NCBI GenBank assembly: GCA_030141605.1
Contig: JAQGDQ010000343.1
Coordinates: 1-64,000, forward strand
Source: Tubiluchus corallicola
Lineage: Eukaryota; Animalia; Priapulida
Direction of reading: 5' to 3'
Length of the DNA: 64,000 nucleotides
Shown in pieces: positions 1 to 13,048 of this stretch. A program made the position numbers and the translations under genes. The stretch's first letter is position 1. Each line of letters begins with the position of its first letter. Under the pieces are notes generated by a model. The model worked only from the letters and a program-made list of their open reading frames with translations, did no database searches and was not told the origin of the DNA.

Positions 1-459
1 TGAAAGTAAGTGAAGTTTTTTTTAACAGTAGCAACGGTAATGGTTCTTGCCATAGAGAATATGCAGGATGCTTCCACAGAAATTCCGGCGTAGTTCATCC
101 AGATTACCAAGAGTTCCGGGGCAAATTTGTCCGGTGTACAAACTGAAAATGGGTGAGTTGATGGCGTTTAAAAAAGTTAACAAACATTAAAGTATGTTAA
201 CACATACATGTGTTGTGCTATGTTAACACATGCATGGAATTACACATACATGTCTGTGCTTATGAAGTTGCAAGCTTTATTCCAATGGATCACACAAATG
301 GACCAATGATATCAAACTGTTCCTCATCTTGCAGAAAATTACAGGAAAATACAAAAAAAAGAGTTCAACAGCAAGTTGGTTGGAAGAAGAAACCTTTAGT
401 GAGTTCGAATCTACTGAAGAAGATTCTGATTGAAAAGCAAAACATCGTTACTATCATTT

Positions 460-1090
460 GAATTGAATTTTATTGAAAATAAACTTCATACTGGAATGAA
501 AAAAATTTAAGAAATTAGTCAATATGGAAAATTAGCCTAACACCGACTTATTTTGATAATGCAGGTTGAAAAGTTGGTTTTAAAATTTATCTGACACAAA
601 ATAATTTCACCAGACAGTTTTGTTTTATTAAAGTTCATTTTGCTATTGTTTACCCTCATCTTTGCTACGGATTAGTAAATTATGGATCTGCTGTTGATCA
701 CGAATCTCAAACCTCTGCAAACGTTACAAACAAAAGTGTTAGAACCATTTGTAACTAATTCAATTAACAAATCGTAATCACATGTATTGTAGCCATAGAT
801 AACTTAGAACCAATGAACTGTATCACGGCCAATGTCTATCGTTTCTGTACAAGTGTTATAATGTGCTCCAACCTCCTACAGTTGTCAAGTATCTAACTCC
901 CATTCAACGAATCCATAAACATTTTGCTGGCAGAGCTGTTGATAACTTTTATCCTCCTGTCATACATACTAGTCACGGCTACCGAAATCCTTCATATACT
1001 GCTATGCATCAATGGGCTCAAATTCCTCCTTGGGGAAAAAGAATTTCAAATTGCAACATTTTAGAAAGTATATGTTTGATTTGATTCTAA
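460..1090 (+). mobile_element. Degenerate 3' part of a non-LTR retrotransposon ORF2 (CR1/L2/Crack group)
   Basis: Frameshifted pieces read FIENKL..WNE, FAIVYPHLCYGLVNYGS, LQTLQ, and IHKHFAGRAVDNFYPPVIHTSHGYRNPSYTAMHQWAQIP. These resemble post-RT motifs of CR1/L2-type ORF2 (LYYSLIYPHLxYG; YxGxxxWNxLP). Confidence 0.6.
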
Positions 1091-1447
1091 CTCGTTACCT
1101 AACCTGCTAATTGGCATTTTAGGTACCTCTAATCTCACTTGTATTGTTACCATTATTAGTTTTTATAACTGAATATTGTCTTAACTGAGAGATATTGGAT
1201 GTATGAATTTCTCTGTCTGCACCATGCACATATTTGCGCCATCTCTTGGTGAATCTTGAAATCCCACACTCCTTCTCTCCTCAAGGCTGATTTGTACATT
1301 TTTCTAACCTTACCTGTTTCTTTCATAATCTTATTATCATTGTGCATATAGTTGCAAATCAGCCAAAAAATCATAGAATTTAATTATTAAAAGTGACTTG
1401 ACCTTAGTCTATTAATTAGGACTAAAAATCTTTGCTGTCTTGTGCAG

Positions 1448-4400
1448 GTATGAACAACTGGGAATCATATGACCTTGTCTTTGAGCTGCGATCACCAAGT
1501 ACCAGCAACGATTCTGGGACGTTTTGTGCGGTGTTACCAGATAGCAGATACGTTTCATGTTTACCACCAAATGCAAATCCTAACAATCTATGGGAGAATT
1601 TTCAATTGCCACGAAACGCCAAAAACGTCGCAACAGGGCCAGCTGGCATTTGGGCTATTGATAGTACTATTGATAATAACAATGTATTACGCTATAGAAC
1701 ACGTACTGCGAATCTGGAGTACAGTCAAGCACTTGGTAGATATCTCTCTCTCGTTCTTTTTTTCTCTCTCTCTGTCTCTCTCTCTCTTTCTCTCTCTCTC
1801 CTCTCTCTTTCTCCCACCCCCTCCTTGCCGCTCCCTCTCCCCCACCCCTAAGTCTAAATTACCATTACATTAAAAAGACATTATTTTACATTAAGATTAA
1901 CCTTATTGAAATCCAACATTTGACCTAGGTAACTTTTGTGCTTTAGTTACAAGTAATGCGCTTGAGCCAGGGATTTTCTGCTTGTATTGCAGATGCTCTA
2001 ATCAGTAAGCCACCTCATCTCTCAGTGATCAAGACAGTATGAAGTACAGCCTTTATAAGTGACCACCCAAGCTGCAAAATAAATGCTCTTAATAATTAAA
2101 ACATTACATCATTTATATTACAGTAGTTGACCTACCACGTGATCAACTGATGTGTTATGATGTTTAGACAATCAGTTTTTAAACTGTCAATCTAAAACTG
2201 ACAAACTGATGCGTGTTTAAAGCACATCAAATTCCGTCAAAGTCTGGCAATAACTATTCAACAAAGGGTGTCAGTGAAATTAAGGCGTCAATATTCAGAC
2301 GTGTTTTGTTGCCTATATTCAGACGTGTTTTGTTGTCCTAGGATTGTGTGATTAAAAAGCAAAATTTGAAAAGAAAGGGTTTTAAAGGTTTGGATGAAAA
2401 ATATCTGCAGTGAACAGAAAAAGGCAGTTGCAGCGTGATTTTAAAGATTTAAATGTTGTGGTGTTTGACTACTTAATGCTAGTTCAGTTTGAATAAACAA
2501 AAGCTGTATAAACAAACCTACAGTACTATCGCAAATTGTTTAGTTGATTGGTAGAAAGCAGTAGAGTAAAATCAGAATTTTCTTTTTTTGTCATCAAAAT
2601 CAAAAAGTTTCTTGTATTACCTTTGTTTCTACCTTGCAGGTTCCAGTATCAGCCAGTATGCAATAGTGCTGATCCGTGTACACTTATATAACTTGCCGAA
2701 TTAATAATGACAAAATTTCCCGACACCCTGCCCGTAATGAACAATCCGTATGATGTATCGAACTTCCCAATTTTATTAAGTCTTAATTAAATGCTGAATG
2801 TGTTGGCAGGAAAAATTTTTATTGACCATAGCTTTTTGTGTAAATTTTAGAAAATGTCACTGCCTAAATTTTTACTGTCTCAAATTTTTACTGTCTTTCA
2901 TGTAGGTGGCATCTGAAAGATTTTAAGAAGTACATATTATTACCATGTTATCGCTCATATACATTATGTTTGATATCGGTTTACGAGCTTTAAGCTCATG
3001 TTTTACAAATATGTACTGTTTTATATCATACCGATGAAAATAAATATTATCTTATCTTATCTCATCTCATCTCATCTCATCTCATCTCATCTCATCTCAT
3101 CTCATCTCATCTCATCTCATCTCATCTCATCTCATCTCATCTCATCTCATCTCATCTCATCTCATCTCATCTCATCTCATCTCATCTCATCTCATCTCAT
3201 CTCATCTCATCTCATCTCATCTCATCTCATCTCATCTCATCTCACCCCATCTCATCTCATCTCATCTCACCCCATCTCATCTCATCTCATCTCATCCCAT
3301 CTCATCTCATCTCATCTCATCTCATCTCATCTCATCTCATCTCATCTCATCTCATCTCATCTCATCTCATCTCATCTCATCTCATCTCATCTCATCTCAT
3401 CTTATCGAGAGTGCGATGCTATTGGCTGTTGAGTCTCAGTTTGTCAGTTCTTGTTTGTTGAATTTAAGACGGTTTGATACCATCAAACTGTTTGTCAAAC
3501 TAAAATTGATTAAACTAGTTTGACGAAAAAAAAACATGTTATTTACATATAAAATTTACTATAAAACATGTTATTTACATTTACTATAAAATATTGTATT
3601 TACAGGAGAAGCTGCTGAATGGGGACGTCTTGATGACGCTTCCTTTAGTCTGTGGCAAAAGGTGGACACAAGTGGGATTGATACTGCTGAGCAAGTCGCT
3701 GTAGGAAAACAAGTTGTGTGGCTTCGCGATGGAACGCAGTCGTTATACGTGCGACTCGGTAAGCTCTCTAGTGGCGCGTTCACAAATAGAGAGTTCTCTC
3801 ACAAGTTCTCTCTGAAAGTAAACTCGCAAGTGTAAATGCCTGTGCAAGAACATGCAAAAGAACTCTATAGGCTGAAGCCTTTTGTTTGCAGACGTATACC
3901 GCGCGTTCAGACTAGCGAGTTTTCTCGTCAAGTAACTCTCATATGTGTTCAGACTAGCGAGTTTTCTCGTCAAGTAACTCTCATATGCGTTCAGACTAGC
4001 GAGTTTTCTCGTCAAGTAACTCTCATATGCGTTCAGACTAGCGAGTTTTCTCGTCAAGTAACTCTCATATGCGTTCACGCAAGCGAGTTTTCTCGTCAAG
4101 TAACTCTCATATGCGTTCAGGCTAGCGAGTTTTCTCGTCAAGTAACTCTCATATGCGTTCAGGCTAGCGAGTTTTCTCGTCAAGTAACTCTCATATGTGT
4201 TCAGACTAGCGAGTTTTCTCGTCAAGTAACTCTCATATGCGTTCACGCTAGCGAGTTTTCTCGTCAAGTAACTCTCATATGCGTTCAGGCTAGCGAGTTT
4301 TCTTGTCAAGTAACTCTCATATGTGTTCAGACTAGCAAGCAAAACTTGCTGCAAGTTACTCTCCGACTGTAAGCACGAGCTGACACTCAGTTGTCTATTC

Positions 4401-7400
4401 GAAGCGAGAAGTAGCGAGAGTAACTCGCCGAGTCGTTCACACTAGACGGTAAATCAAGTTGCAGCAGCTGTCGGAGAGTTTCCAATTTCTTGTCGACAGC
4501 AACTCGCAAAACATTTCACACTTGCGAGTTTGCTGTCAGAGAGAAAACTCCGGACAGAAAACTCGCTTGTCTGAACGTGCCGTTATGTTGATTGGAAAAA
4601 CTTCAACTTGCAAATCTATGTAGTTAGTGTATATCTAGACACACTTCAAATTGAGGAGCCTACACTAACGTGGCATATGCTGCGAATTATTACATAATGA
4701 TTCATGTGCCAGTTCTAAATTTCGCTCAGACTAATAAGCAAAAAAAGCATAGTAAACTATCGATAAATGCTTAGAGTTTCGCCTCTTCTTCGAAAAGTTG
4801 TGCAGCACTGTTGCAGTGGGACGGTTCTAGGCTTATTTTATCTAATAATATTTTTTTTCAATTTTACCTTTCTGTAGTTAGAAAATACTTCAACTGCAGA
4901 ATTTCGAATAACCGTGCTTTTGTGCTGCCTCTGCATACTATTTTAAACAATATCCCAATAAATAGACAAGGATTGAATTTGAATTTGGATTAAAAATACG
5001 TTAAAGGAAAGAAACGTTTCTAGGAAGTTAGTCTAGCTTCAATATTTGTGAAAAACGTTATAAGATTTAGTAATACAAGTGTGATAAGCACCTCGTGTAA
5101 TAAGTAAAATCAGTTTAAAGTTATGCTCATTTCACGTTTTGCTGCTCACATTTTCACTGCCCATTTTTCCACCAATCATGTCGTTCACCGGCTGAAAAAA
5201 CAATATGCTATCAATTTCCGTATAAAGTACGGCAGGTTTCTATGAAAAAAACAGACGTTAATTTTGTATATTTTTGCATCAACATCAGTTAAGCTGCAGA
5301 AGTTTAAATTAGTTTAAGCAGCACGAAATAAAGAAAAGTCACGATGTGTTTTTATTTTCAAGTGAATTTTCATTGGAATTAAATCATCTCTCAAAGAGAA
5401 AATTTGTCAGACAAATACAGCAGAAAAAACGTCGCTCAGAAATAGCTTTCAAAACAACCACCCATTAGTTTACTAAACAGGCACGGCGTTACCTAACTTA
5501 TGCAGCCAAACACCGTGACTACACAGCCAAACTCGGCCACAAGGCTTAATAATTGCTTATTCTAAAACGTTGAGATTTCTAGTGACAATTTGTGTAATTG
5601 TGACATCTTCAAATCAGCTCTGTTGGTAAAACTGGATTAGTGTCTTCCATCTCTGTTCTCAATGTTTTGATTAGGTATAACACTTGAGAATCCAACAGGA
5701 AGCAGCTGGCAGAGAATTGAGAATGTTGCAAACTTGGCAGACATCAATGCACTTGGAAGAAATAAACTATGGGCTCTTACTACGGACAATGTTGTGTACA
5801 AGTTCACCTGGCATGGTAAAGGGGTTATATTTAGTTACTACATAGCTATGGCAAAATATGGAATTTTTGTTCTTAACCAAATTATTTAAAACGTCTTCGA
5901 TTTCCAATTTGTTTCTTTATTTATTACTATTATCCTCATGTAGCAACGTCAAAAGTTTTAGAATAAAAACAACTAAACATGTGAATTGACATGGTCTGAT
6001 GTTGTATTGAAAATGCCATATACATATATCGTTGGCTTGCTGATGAAATCTGCTATCTCCATTGTTGCGTTTTTTCAAAAATGCAATTTTTTTCTAAAGT
6101 ATTCAGCATTACATGAAACAACCTATGATTACTATATCAGTTTGCATTTTGTAATATTTAACATGACTTCTTAGCAGTTCTTATTGGAAAGTAATAATAT
6201 GACAGGTAATAAACTGAATACTAGAATCCGCGTAACTTGCCACTTATTTTCATGCAGTATGAACAAAAAACATTAAAAAAACTGGGATTGAGTTTGAGCT
6301 TTTTAAGAGAATTTTCTTAGAACTCAGTTGTAAGAAAAAAACTTCTTAGATTGGTCTGAAAGCTTATCTAGCCCTGTCATGTCTTAATTTTACTTGACCT
6401 TGACCTGAAAAACAGCAAATTTAAATAAAACATTTGCGTAGTTGCATCTTTCAGTTTTAGTGCTTTAAAGCATCATAGAAAGCGTGCTAGTCTTTTGATA
6501 TGACAGCCTTAAGTTAATAATTTATTTTAATTTAGCATCCAGAACGAAATGTTTTTTATAGTATTACAAAATCACACATTGGACGGTGTTTAAAAATGGC
6601 TGTTTAAAAATTTCCTGTATTGCAAGCGTCATTAACGTTTTGTAGGTGGCTCAACCGTAATTAAGGAAAATCTACCCCACAATCCACCACCATTTGTAGA
6701 CGTAACCGTGGGACCTTATGGGGTTTATTCTGTTGACAAAGACAAATTTGTATATTACCTTACCGAAACTTATGAAGATGCATTGGAGACAGGCGGCTAT
6801 TGGCGTCCAATCAGATCCTTGAAACCAAAATTGACGATCAAATCAGGACTCAATGAAATCATTGCGTCAAACATTGACGAAAAACGTGTGTACAAAGCTG
6901 ACGTTCCCATTAATTTTGAAAGTAAGTGTTAGCATTTTAACATATATTTTGAGCTATATTTTACAATACTGCACTTTTTCTATTTATATATTTGTTTGCA
7001 GTTTACTTGTGGTAAATAAAAGTAGTTTTTCTCAAGTTTAAGACATGTTAGAACACTGACAACACTCTAATTTATTCTATTGCAAATTGTTTTTAACCTT
7101 ATCGTTTGATAAAACAGGACAGAATTGACAGTTAGACAGAAAACTAGAGAATGAGAGTAAACCAGAGGAAAAAGAAAAAATTGTAGAGAATAATAAAGAA
7201 ATTGCAGATGTAAGAAGAAGTAAATTCATTTTGGCAGCTGTTGAAGATGCCAATTTGCCACCCCTTTTCACATTGCCCCACTTGTTGCTAAGGCTCATTG
7301 GTATTATTAAAATTCTGATGTAACTCTATTCCTTTTATTTTATCTTGTCTACTATCTTGTCATCGTTATCACTACATTCACACACTTTCATTGATGTGAC

Positions 7401-10400
7401 AGGCTTTCGTTCAACCTGCATCTTTTGCACTCCTGTTATTCCATGATGCGGCTCAGAGATGACATTAACTCCAAATATCTTGCAAAAGTACACAATACAA
7501 AGGTAACATCAGTAATGATCTTAAATAATACGTAGCCTTACAATAAATTATAATTAGCAGCATAGATGATTATCGGCTCATATCGAAAGACAATACAATG
7601 CAAACTGTAAAATAAAGATTGCCTTGTATTGTATAGTATTTTCTTATGACCTAAGCCGATAATCATTTACGCTGCTCACTATAATTTTACAATAGGCTAT
7701 ATCTTATTCAAGATTATTGCTCATGTTATCTCTATATTGCGTACATTTGTATAGCTCTATGCAAATATCATTGACATTTAGAGGAAATAAACTTCAACTT
7801 GAAATAAATAAGACTATATTTGTAACTTTCGATGCTACAAAAGCTGCTGACCTAAAAGCAATTTATCTCTTTTTTCCCCAAGCTGAAACAGACCATTGGA
7901 AAGAATTATCTGATGATTACGAGTCTGATGATTATGCATCCAGCAGTAGCTTTGAAAGTTACTGGAAAATACGGGCAGGTGTTTTGCGCCGATTAGTCAA
8001 TGACACATGGTCAGAGATAGATACTGGTTTCAAGTTCATTGATGTGGGGCCTGTCGGAGTGTGGGCCATTGACACCCAAGGCATCACTCATTATAGGACC
8101 AATACTAGGGGAGAGTCAGATCCTGAAGGTAAGTTTAATCTGCATGTAACAGATTTGTGTCACGGATAGAGAAATTAAACGATATACATTAGATTAGAAG
8201 GTACGATGACAATATGATACGATACTTTTTTTCAATGTACGATATTGATAAACTGTTTTTCAGAAGGCAAGGTACGATAAGCTGATTAGAACGATAAAAA
8301 CGATACGGAACGTCTGTTTAGTTATTGTACAAAGAATGTCTCAGTGTAATATTTTGCTTTTTGCAACCTGTCTCTTGATTAATGTATAGCAGATACATCT
8401 AATTTATGATAAAGTTCTCTTGTTTGATTAATCATAAAATAATACAAACATGTCAGCTGTGACAGGTAATTTTATACGACCAGATCTATTATTCATATGA
8501 GCTGCACTGCCTACACGAAACTAGAAAAATGCTTCTAAAAACGCAACACTTGGCAACAACTGAAGACAGTTGCTATTGCAGGAAGAAAGAACACGACGAT
8601 TACTCAAACAACCTTATAAATAACTCTTTCTTTAATGAAAAAGTAATGTGAAATGATCTTATAAAGGTGAGAGACATGCAGCAATTCACACCATATTCAA
8701 TATGATAACGATAAAAACTGATTATTTGCATCGATACAATTATCAATGATTATCAGCACGATAAATGTCGATATGTGTCGTTATTCTCATCACCCTAGAC
8801 CTGGAATCTATAGTATTCTGTGCGTTCAAATCTTTCTTGTTTTAGAAGGTGTATTTTTTTACGAAATGGCAACCTATATAATTTTTCAAAACGAACGTCT
8901 AGTTTGTTTGTTTATTTATTTTTCAAAATATGCAACATTTTTGTCATTTTAAAACTTAAACAAAAACAAGTTAAGCCAAATTCTGCTTCCCAATGTGACT
9001 GTACGGAATTTGGTCAAATTTACTGTGTTAGCAGCTCCATTGAAACTTGCGTTTACACCATCAGTTTTTAAACTAACAAAACTAAAACTGACAAACATCA
9101 AACTTTACTCCATCAAATTCTGGTAATAACTATTCAACAAGGCGTGTCAGTCGAATTAAGACGCCAATATTCAGACGTGCTTTGTTGTCTACATTGGGCT
9201 AGCTTGTACGATTAGAAAAGGATAAATTTGAAAACAAAGTGTTTGAAAAGTTCGGATGGAAAAATAGCTACAGTGAAGAATTGAAAGAAGCAGTTACAGC
9301 CTGATTTTCAAAGATTTAGACATTGAGGTGGCATATGACTTTTTATGCGTGTCACACCTGCTTTGATTGACTGTTTTCTGCAAGAAATTCAATTTAAATA
9401 ACCAACACCTGTATAACACACCTACAGTACTGTCACAAATTGTTTAGTAGAAAGCAGAGTTTGGCTGTTTTGTAAATTTTAGAACATTTCGTCTCTTTTT
9501 TGTTATGCTAGACTTGTGCACCCATCTATGTGGGCTTAATGTTGACATTATGTCGTAGAAGTTGATTAAACTGTTTTAAAGAATTTAACATTCACGCTTT
9601 TGATTCAACATTCTTCACATAATCAAACTAGTTTGTCGGTGCCCCACCACTGGGGGCTGGGGGCACCCAGAATCTGTAACCCAGGGGCACACAAAATTAA
9701 AAGTGTGAAATTAAAAGTTTGTCAGTTTTGCTGCTTACATAATCAAACTAGTTTGTCTGGCTAAAACTGGCCAATAAATTTGAGTTGGGGAGTTCCAGCT
9801 TGCAAAGTATATTTTTGTACTTACTCATTTAACACGTACAGGATAAACTGGCCCTGATTTTAAAATTTAATTTAAATTAGTCAAATATTTTACTATTTTT
9901 TACAGGAAGTGGCTGGGAACAAGCTGCTGGAATAAGTGATGTAGAGCAAATTACTGTGGGCAAAGACGTCGTCTGGGCTCGTGATACTAGAAACAATTTA
10001 TATGTTCGAACTGGTATAATACTTTAATTACATGCGTGCTGGTTTCTTTACATGCGTGTCGGAGCATGCGCACAGTGACGCAGCTAATAGGGAAGCAGTG
10101 TTAGCAGAACCGCTCCCCCGGGCACATTTTTCAGAATTGACGCCTTTTCAACGAATCTTTAACATTTTAGATCTCTTATGCGACAAAGTTCTTCGTTTTT
10201 ATCTATCTTAATCACACGGCCATGACAGAATTTTCTTGAGTCATATTTTTTTGACCAAACTGCTCATGAGCGCCTGGCAGCATTTATGAAAAAGGCGCAT
10301 TTTGTTAGTGACTATATGGCTTACATATAAGTGTATATCTAGGCCACCCCGAACACCTTTAACCTCTCACATATTTCTTTTAAAATTGATAAAAATGAAT

Positions 10401-13048
10401 AATATATGCATGATTCCCATCAAAGGTCAAGCTCTCGTATTGCCCCCTCAGGAAAGGGCAAGGGGCCGCTGCCACCCTCTGCTCCCGCGGCTCCACAGCC
10501 CCTGAAACTGCTTCCGTGTTTTTGAAATGAGCGTGCTTTTATGCAACTCATTTGTCTATACGATGGTCTAGTAGTAGACCTATTGTCATTTATGTATTGC
10601 AATGGAAAGTTTTGGTGTCTTTACGACAGTGGTCCCAAACTTTCTCGGACCGTTACCCAAATCGGGAAACCCGGTCGTGTCCATTACCCCCCACCTAGTA
10701 CTTCTCCAACTCAAAAAGTAAACACACGTATATGCCACAAGCAAGCAAAATTATTTATGTTTGCTCGTGACATAAATAAATTTCCAGGTGTTGTTGTTGT
10801 ATTGTTGCCAAACAAGAATTACAATTGCTGAATCTGCTCATTACTGAGTGAGCAGGTTTGTTCGAGTAATTATTACTCGAACAAACGAAAACAAGAAGAA
10901 ATGAATGACAACAACAAAATCTCAGTTAGTGGGACGGGTGCCCGTTACCTCCCCAAAAAAGACATATTACCCCCGGGGGGTAATTTACCCCTACTTTGGG
11001 AACCACTGCTTTACGATTTATTATGAAGGCATTGCATCATGTCTGTTGTTGATATTGTTTAGAAAAGCAATCATACTATCATAGATTTTTGTCTGCAGCG
11101 CAATGAATATTATTGGGTGGGACAGAGAGAAGATGAAAGGAGATGCGAATCGAAAGAAAGAATCCATGCGTTAAAATTGTTTGGCATATGCCAGTGTGCC
11201 TTTTTTAAGAGCTTGCTCCCACTAACTTCAGAACCTGGCTACGCCCCTGTATGCAAATTATATTGGTGTTTGGCCTTTACTTCACAAGTAAATTTCAAGT
11301 AAATTAAGTGAAAATTTTAGAAATTTACGAGTTGAATCACGTGGCTAAAAAGTAGGTCTAATTATTTGGCAACAATAGCGTGTCACCTATGATATGGCTG
11401 ACCATGTGTATGGGAGCATGAGATCATGTATGTGCTTGTATGTTTCATATTCTTTAGTTATTACGCACTGCATTACTCTTCAAATTAAGTTATACATATT
11501 TCATTGCAAACTTCAAATGATTCATTTTGCAAACGAAAGATTAACAATCATCATTCACGATGATTCACGATGATTATTATAAATTAACTTTATTATTTAT
11601 ATAGCGTATCAGCTCAGGTGACCTCGATGTGCTGTACAATTAAAGTCTATTATAACTTGTAATTACATTTACATTGTCATCATAAAATATAATGATTCTA
11701 CAATCACAAAATTATACTAATTTTAAATAGTGCTATAAGATTATAAGATAGATTGTAAAAGCCATGGTAAAACTATCACTAACATATTCTACTCTAATGT
11801 ACAGACAGTGCTATAATCCACAATGCTGTCTAAGAAATTTTAAAAGTATCCTAAATAGTCATTTTGGTGTTAGCATGCAAAACACACTGAATTTCAAATA
11901 CTTGAAAATTTCAACTACGATAAACTGTTGACCTAATAGATTTATTGTTTGTTTCCAAATAGGAATTAGTGACTCAAACCCAAATGGAATTGCCTGGAGA
12001 TTAATGGAAGACAAAAAAAACATGACAGACATTAGTGCAACAGGGAAGCTTACTTTATATGCAATCAGCTCTGACAATATTGTGCACAAACTAGCATGCA
12101 AAGGTATAATTTTGAATCATTATGCGATGTGCTCAATTTTATTGTAATTGAATGAATATTGTAATTCAATGTTTTATTAAATGAATATCTACATCATAAC
12201 AATGTTTACAATAAAAAAAAATTACAAAATGTGTGCTTGCATAGCAAAATCGTCCATACGTCGGAAATTGAAATACATCTTGAATTTGAACTAGGAATCT
12301 TCTACTTACGAGGAAGATGCCTTGGATTACCAGGTCACCATATTCCCGAATGTTCAAGGCAGTCCAAAGTCATCCCTTTTAGCTACTCAGCCAGAAACAC
12401 ATAGGTTTAGCATTTCCATACGTTGGATCACTCACACTAGATTAATCTGCTAGCGTGGTCGATTTAACACTGGAAATGCTGCATCTGATTGGAGTAATTA
12501 TGATGAAAAATTAGTTTGTTGTTAACCGTCTTGTGCCTAGATTCTGTACCACTCATGGATTCAGTTTGAACGGTAACATTAAAAATTCTGACAGTACCTA
12601 CATCTCGATCTCTAAACTTAAAAAAAAACAGATGCTATTAACTTACTCTGATTAATGTTAAGCTCTTACTCAACTAGACTCTGTTTTCTTTACCTAACTT
12701 AACTACTGTACGGCTTTAGAGGAGAAAATGATTTCAATTCTTAGTTGTAGGGGCAAATACTCGTCTTATTTGTTCTATTCAGGTGGGCTACGAGCACAGT
12801 CTTACGTCAAAATTGGGAAAAAGCTTAGAAACCAAGGTGGAGTAACCTCTTCCGTGGGAAAAGTCGGAAGCAATATTGAATGTGGACTATTATGTAACAA
12901 ACGTGACGACTGCATGTCATTTAGCTATAAACAGAACACCAAAGAATGTGAAATAAACGACTGGAATCAAGTGAACAGAGATGATGCTGATAATGCCATT
13001 GATGATTGGGATTATTATGAAAATAGTTGTTTAAATAATGATATATGA
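1448..13048 (+). CDS. Tectonin/beta-propeller lectin-like protein with C-terminal PAN/Apple domain (multi-exon; 5' end probably upstream of window)
   Basis: Exons read by eye, all GT-AG and all phase 1, join in one frame: 1448-1735, 3606-3758, 5675-5815, 6646-6921, 7883-8128, 9906-10013, 11963-12103, 12783-13048. Tectonin-type blades: VATGPAGIWAID, VAVGKQVVWLRD..LYVRLGITLENPTGSSW, IDVGPVGVWAID, ITVGKDVVWARD..LYVRTGISDSNPNGIAW. The last exon has the PAN pattern ECGLLC..CMSFSY..ECEIN. A probable upstream exon ends at position 5 (tgaaa|gtaagt). Confidence 0.85.
1960..2015 (-). mobile_element. tRNA-derived SINE head (degenerate)
   Basis: Minus strand ggtggcttactgattagagcatc...cctggctcaagc resembles pol III A and B boxes. 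A second similar relic is at about 12278-12340 (-). Confidence 0.35.
2170..2600 (+). repeat. Dispersed intronic repeat, direct copy at about 9060-9460
   Basis: Collinear shared blocks atcagtttttaaact, aataactattcaacaa, caatattcagacgtg and cctacagtact occur in both places. Confidence 0.75.
3045..3405. repeat. (ATCTC)n microsatellite
   Basis: About 70 pentamer units, directly preceded by AATAAA (3039-3044). Confidence 0.97.
3773..4581. mobile_element. Non-autonomous DNA transposon (PIF/Harbinger-like ends) with an internal 42-bp tandem array
   Basis: Left end ggcgcgttcaca...tctctctgaaagtaaactcgcaagtgt matches the reverse complement of the right end (ggcacgttcaga...tctctctgacagcaaactcgcaagtgt), about 65 bp of imperfect TIR. 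No clean TSD was seen. Confidence 0.65.
3903..4340. repeat. 42-bp minisatellite, 10 full copies plus a partial copy
   Basis: Unit gcgttcagactagcgagttttctcgtcaagtaactctcatat; copies start at 3903 through 4323. Confidence 0.95.
7533..7705. repeat. Imperfect palindrome / foldback MITE
   Basis: tagcct..aaattataattagcagcatagatgattatcggct pairs with agccgataatcatttacgctgctcactataatttt..aggcta. Confidence 0.7.
10627..11008. mobile_element. hAT (Charlie-like) MITE
   Basis: TIR cagtggtcccaaa / tttgggaaccactg; perfect 8-bp TSD ctttacga on both sides. Confidence 0.9.

Noticed and set aside
29-152. Apparent exon (ag...gtgagt) with in-frame C-T-N-TGA resembling a CxxU selenoprotein motif
   Set aside because: All three frames contain stops, the phase-0 end of that frame does not fit the next phase-1 exon, and the donor at position 6 explains the gene better.
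2998-3432. ORFs over simple repeats (also 30787-31560, 38510-38899, 42605-42993, 58938-59336)
   Set aside because: Translations of microsatellites or minisatellites with no domain content.
3903-4340. CRISPR-like regular array
   Set aside because: Units are contiguous near-identical copies with no unique spacers, there are no cas genes, and the context is a eukaryotic intron. The same applies to the 87-, 82- and 39-bp arrays and the (CAT)n-spaced array.
8168-8797. Possible hAT MITE with many acgata subterminal motifs
   Set aside because: TIRs and TSD match only partly; ends cannot be defined.
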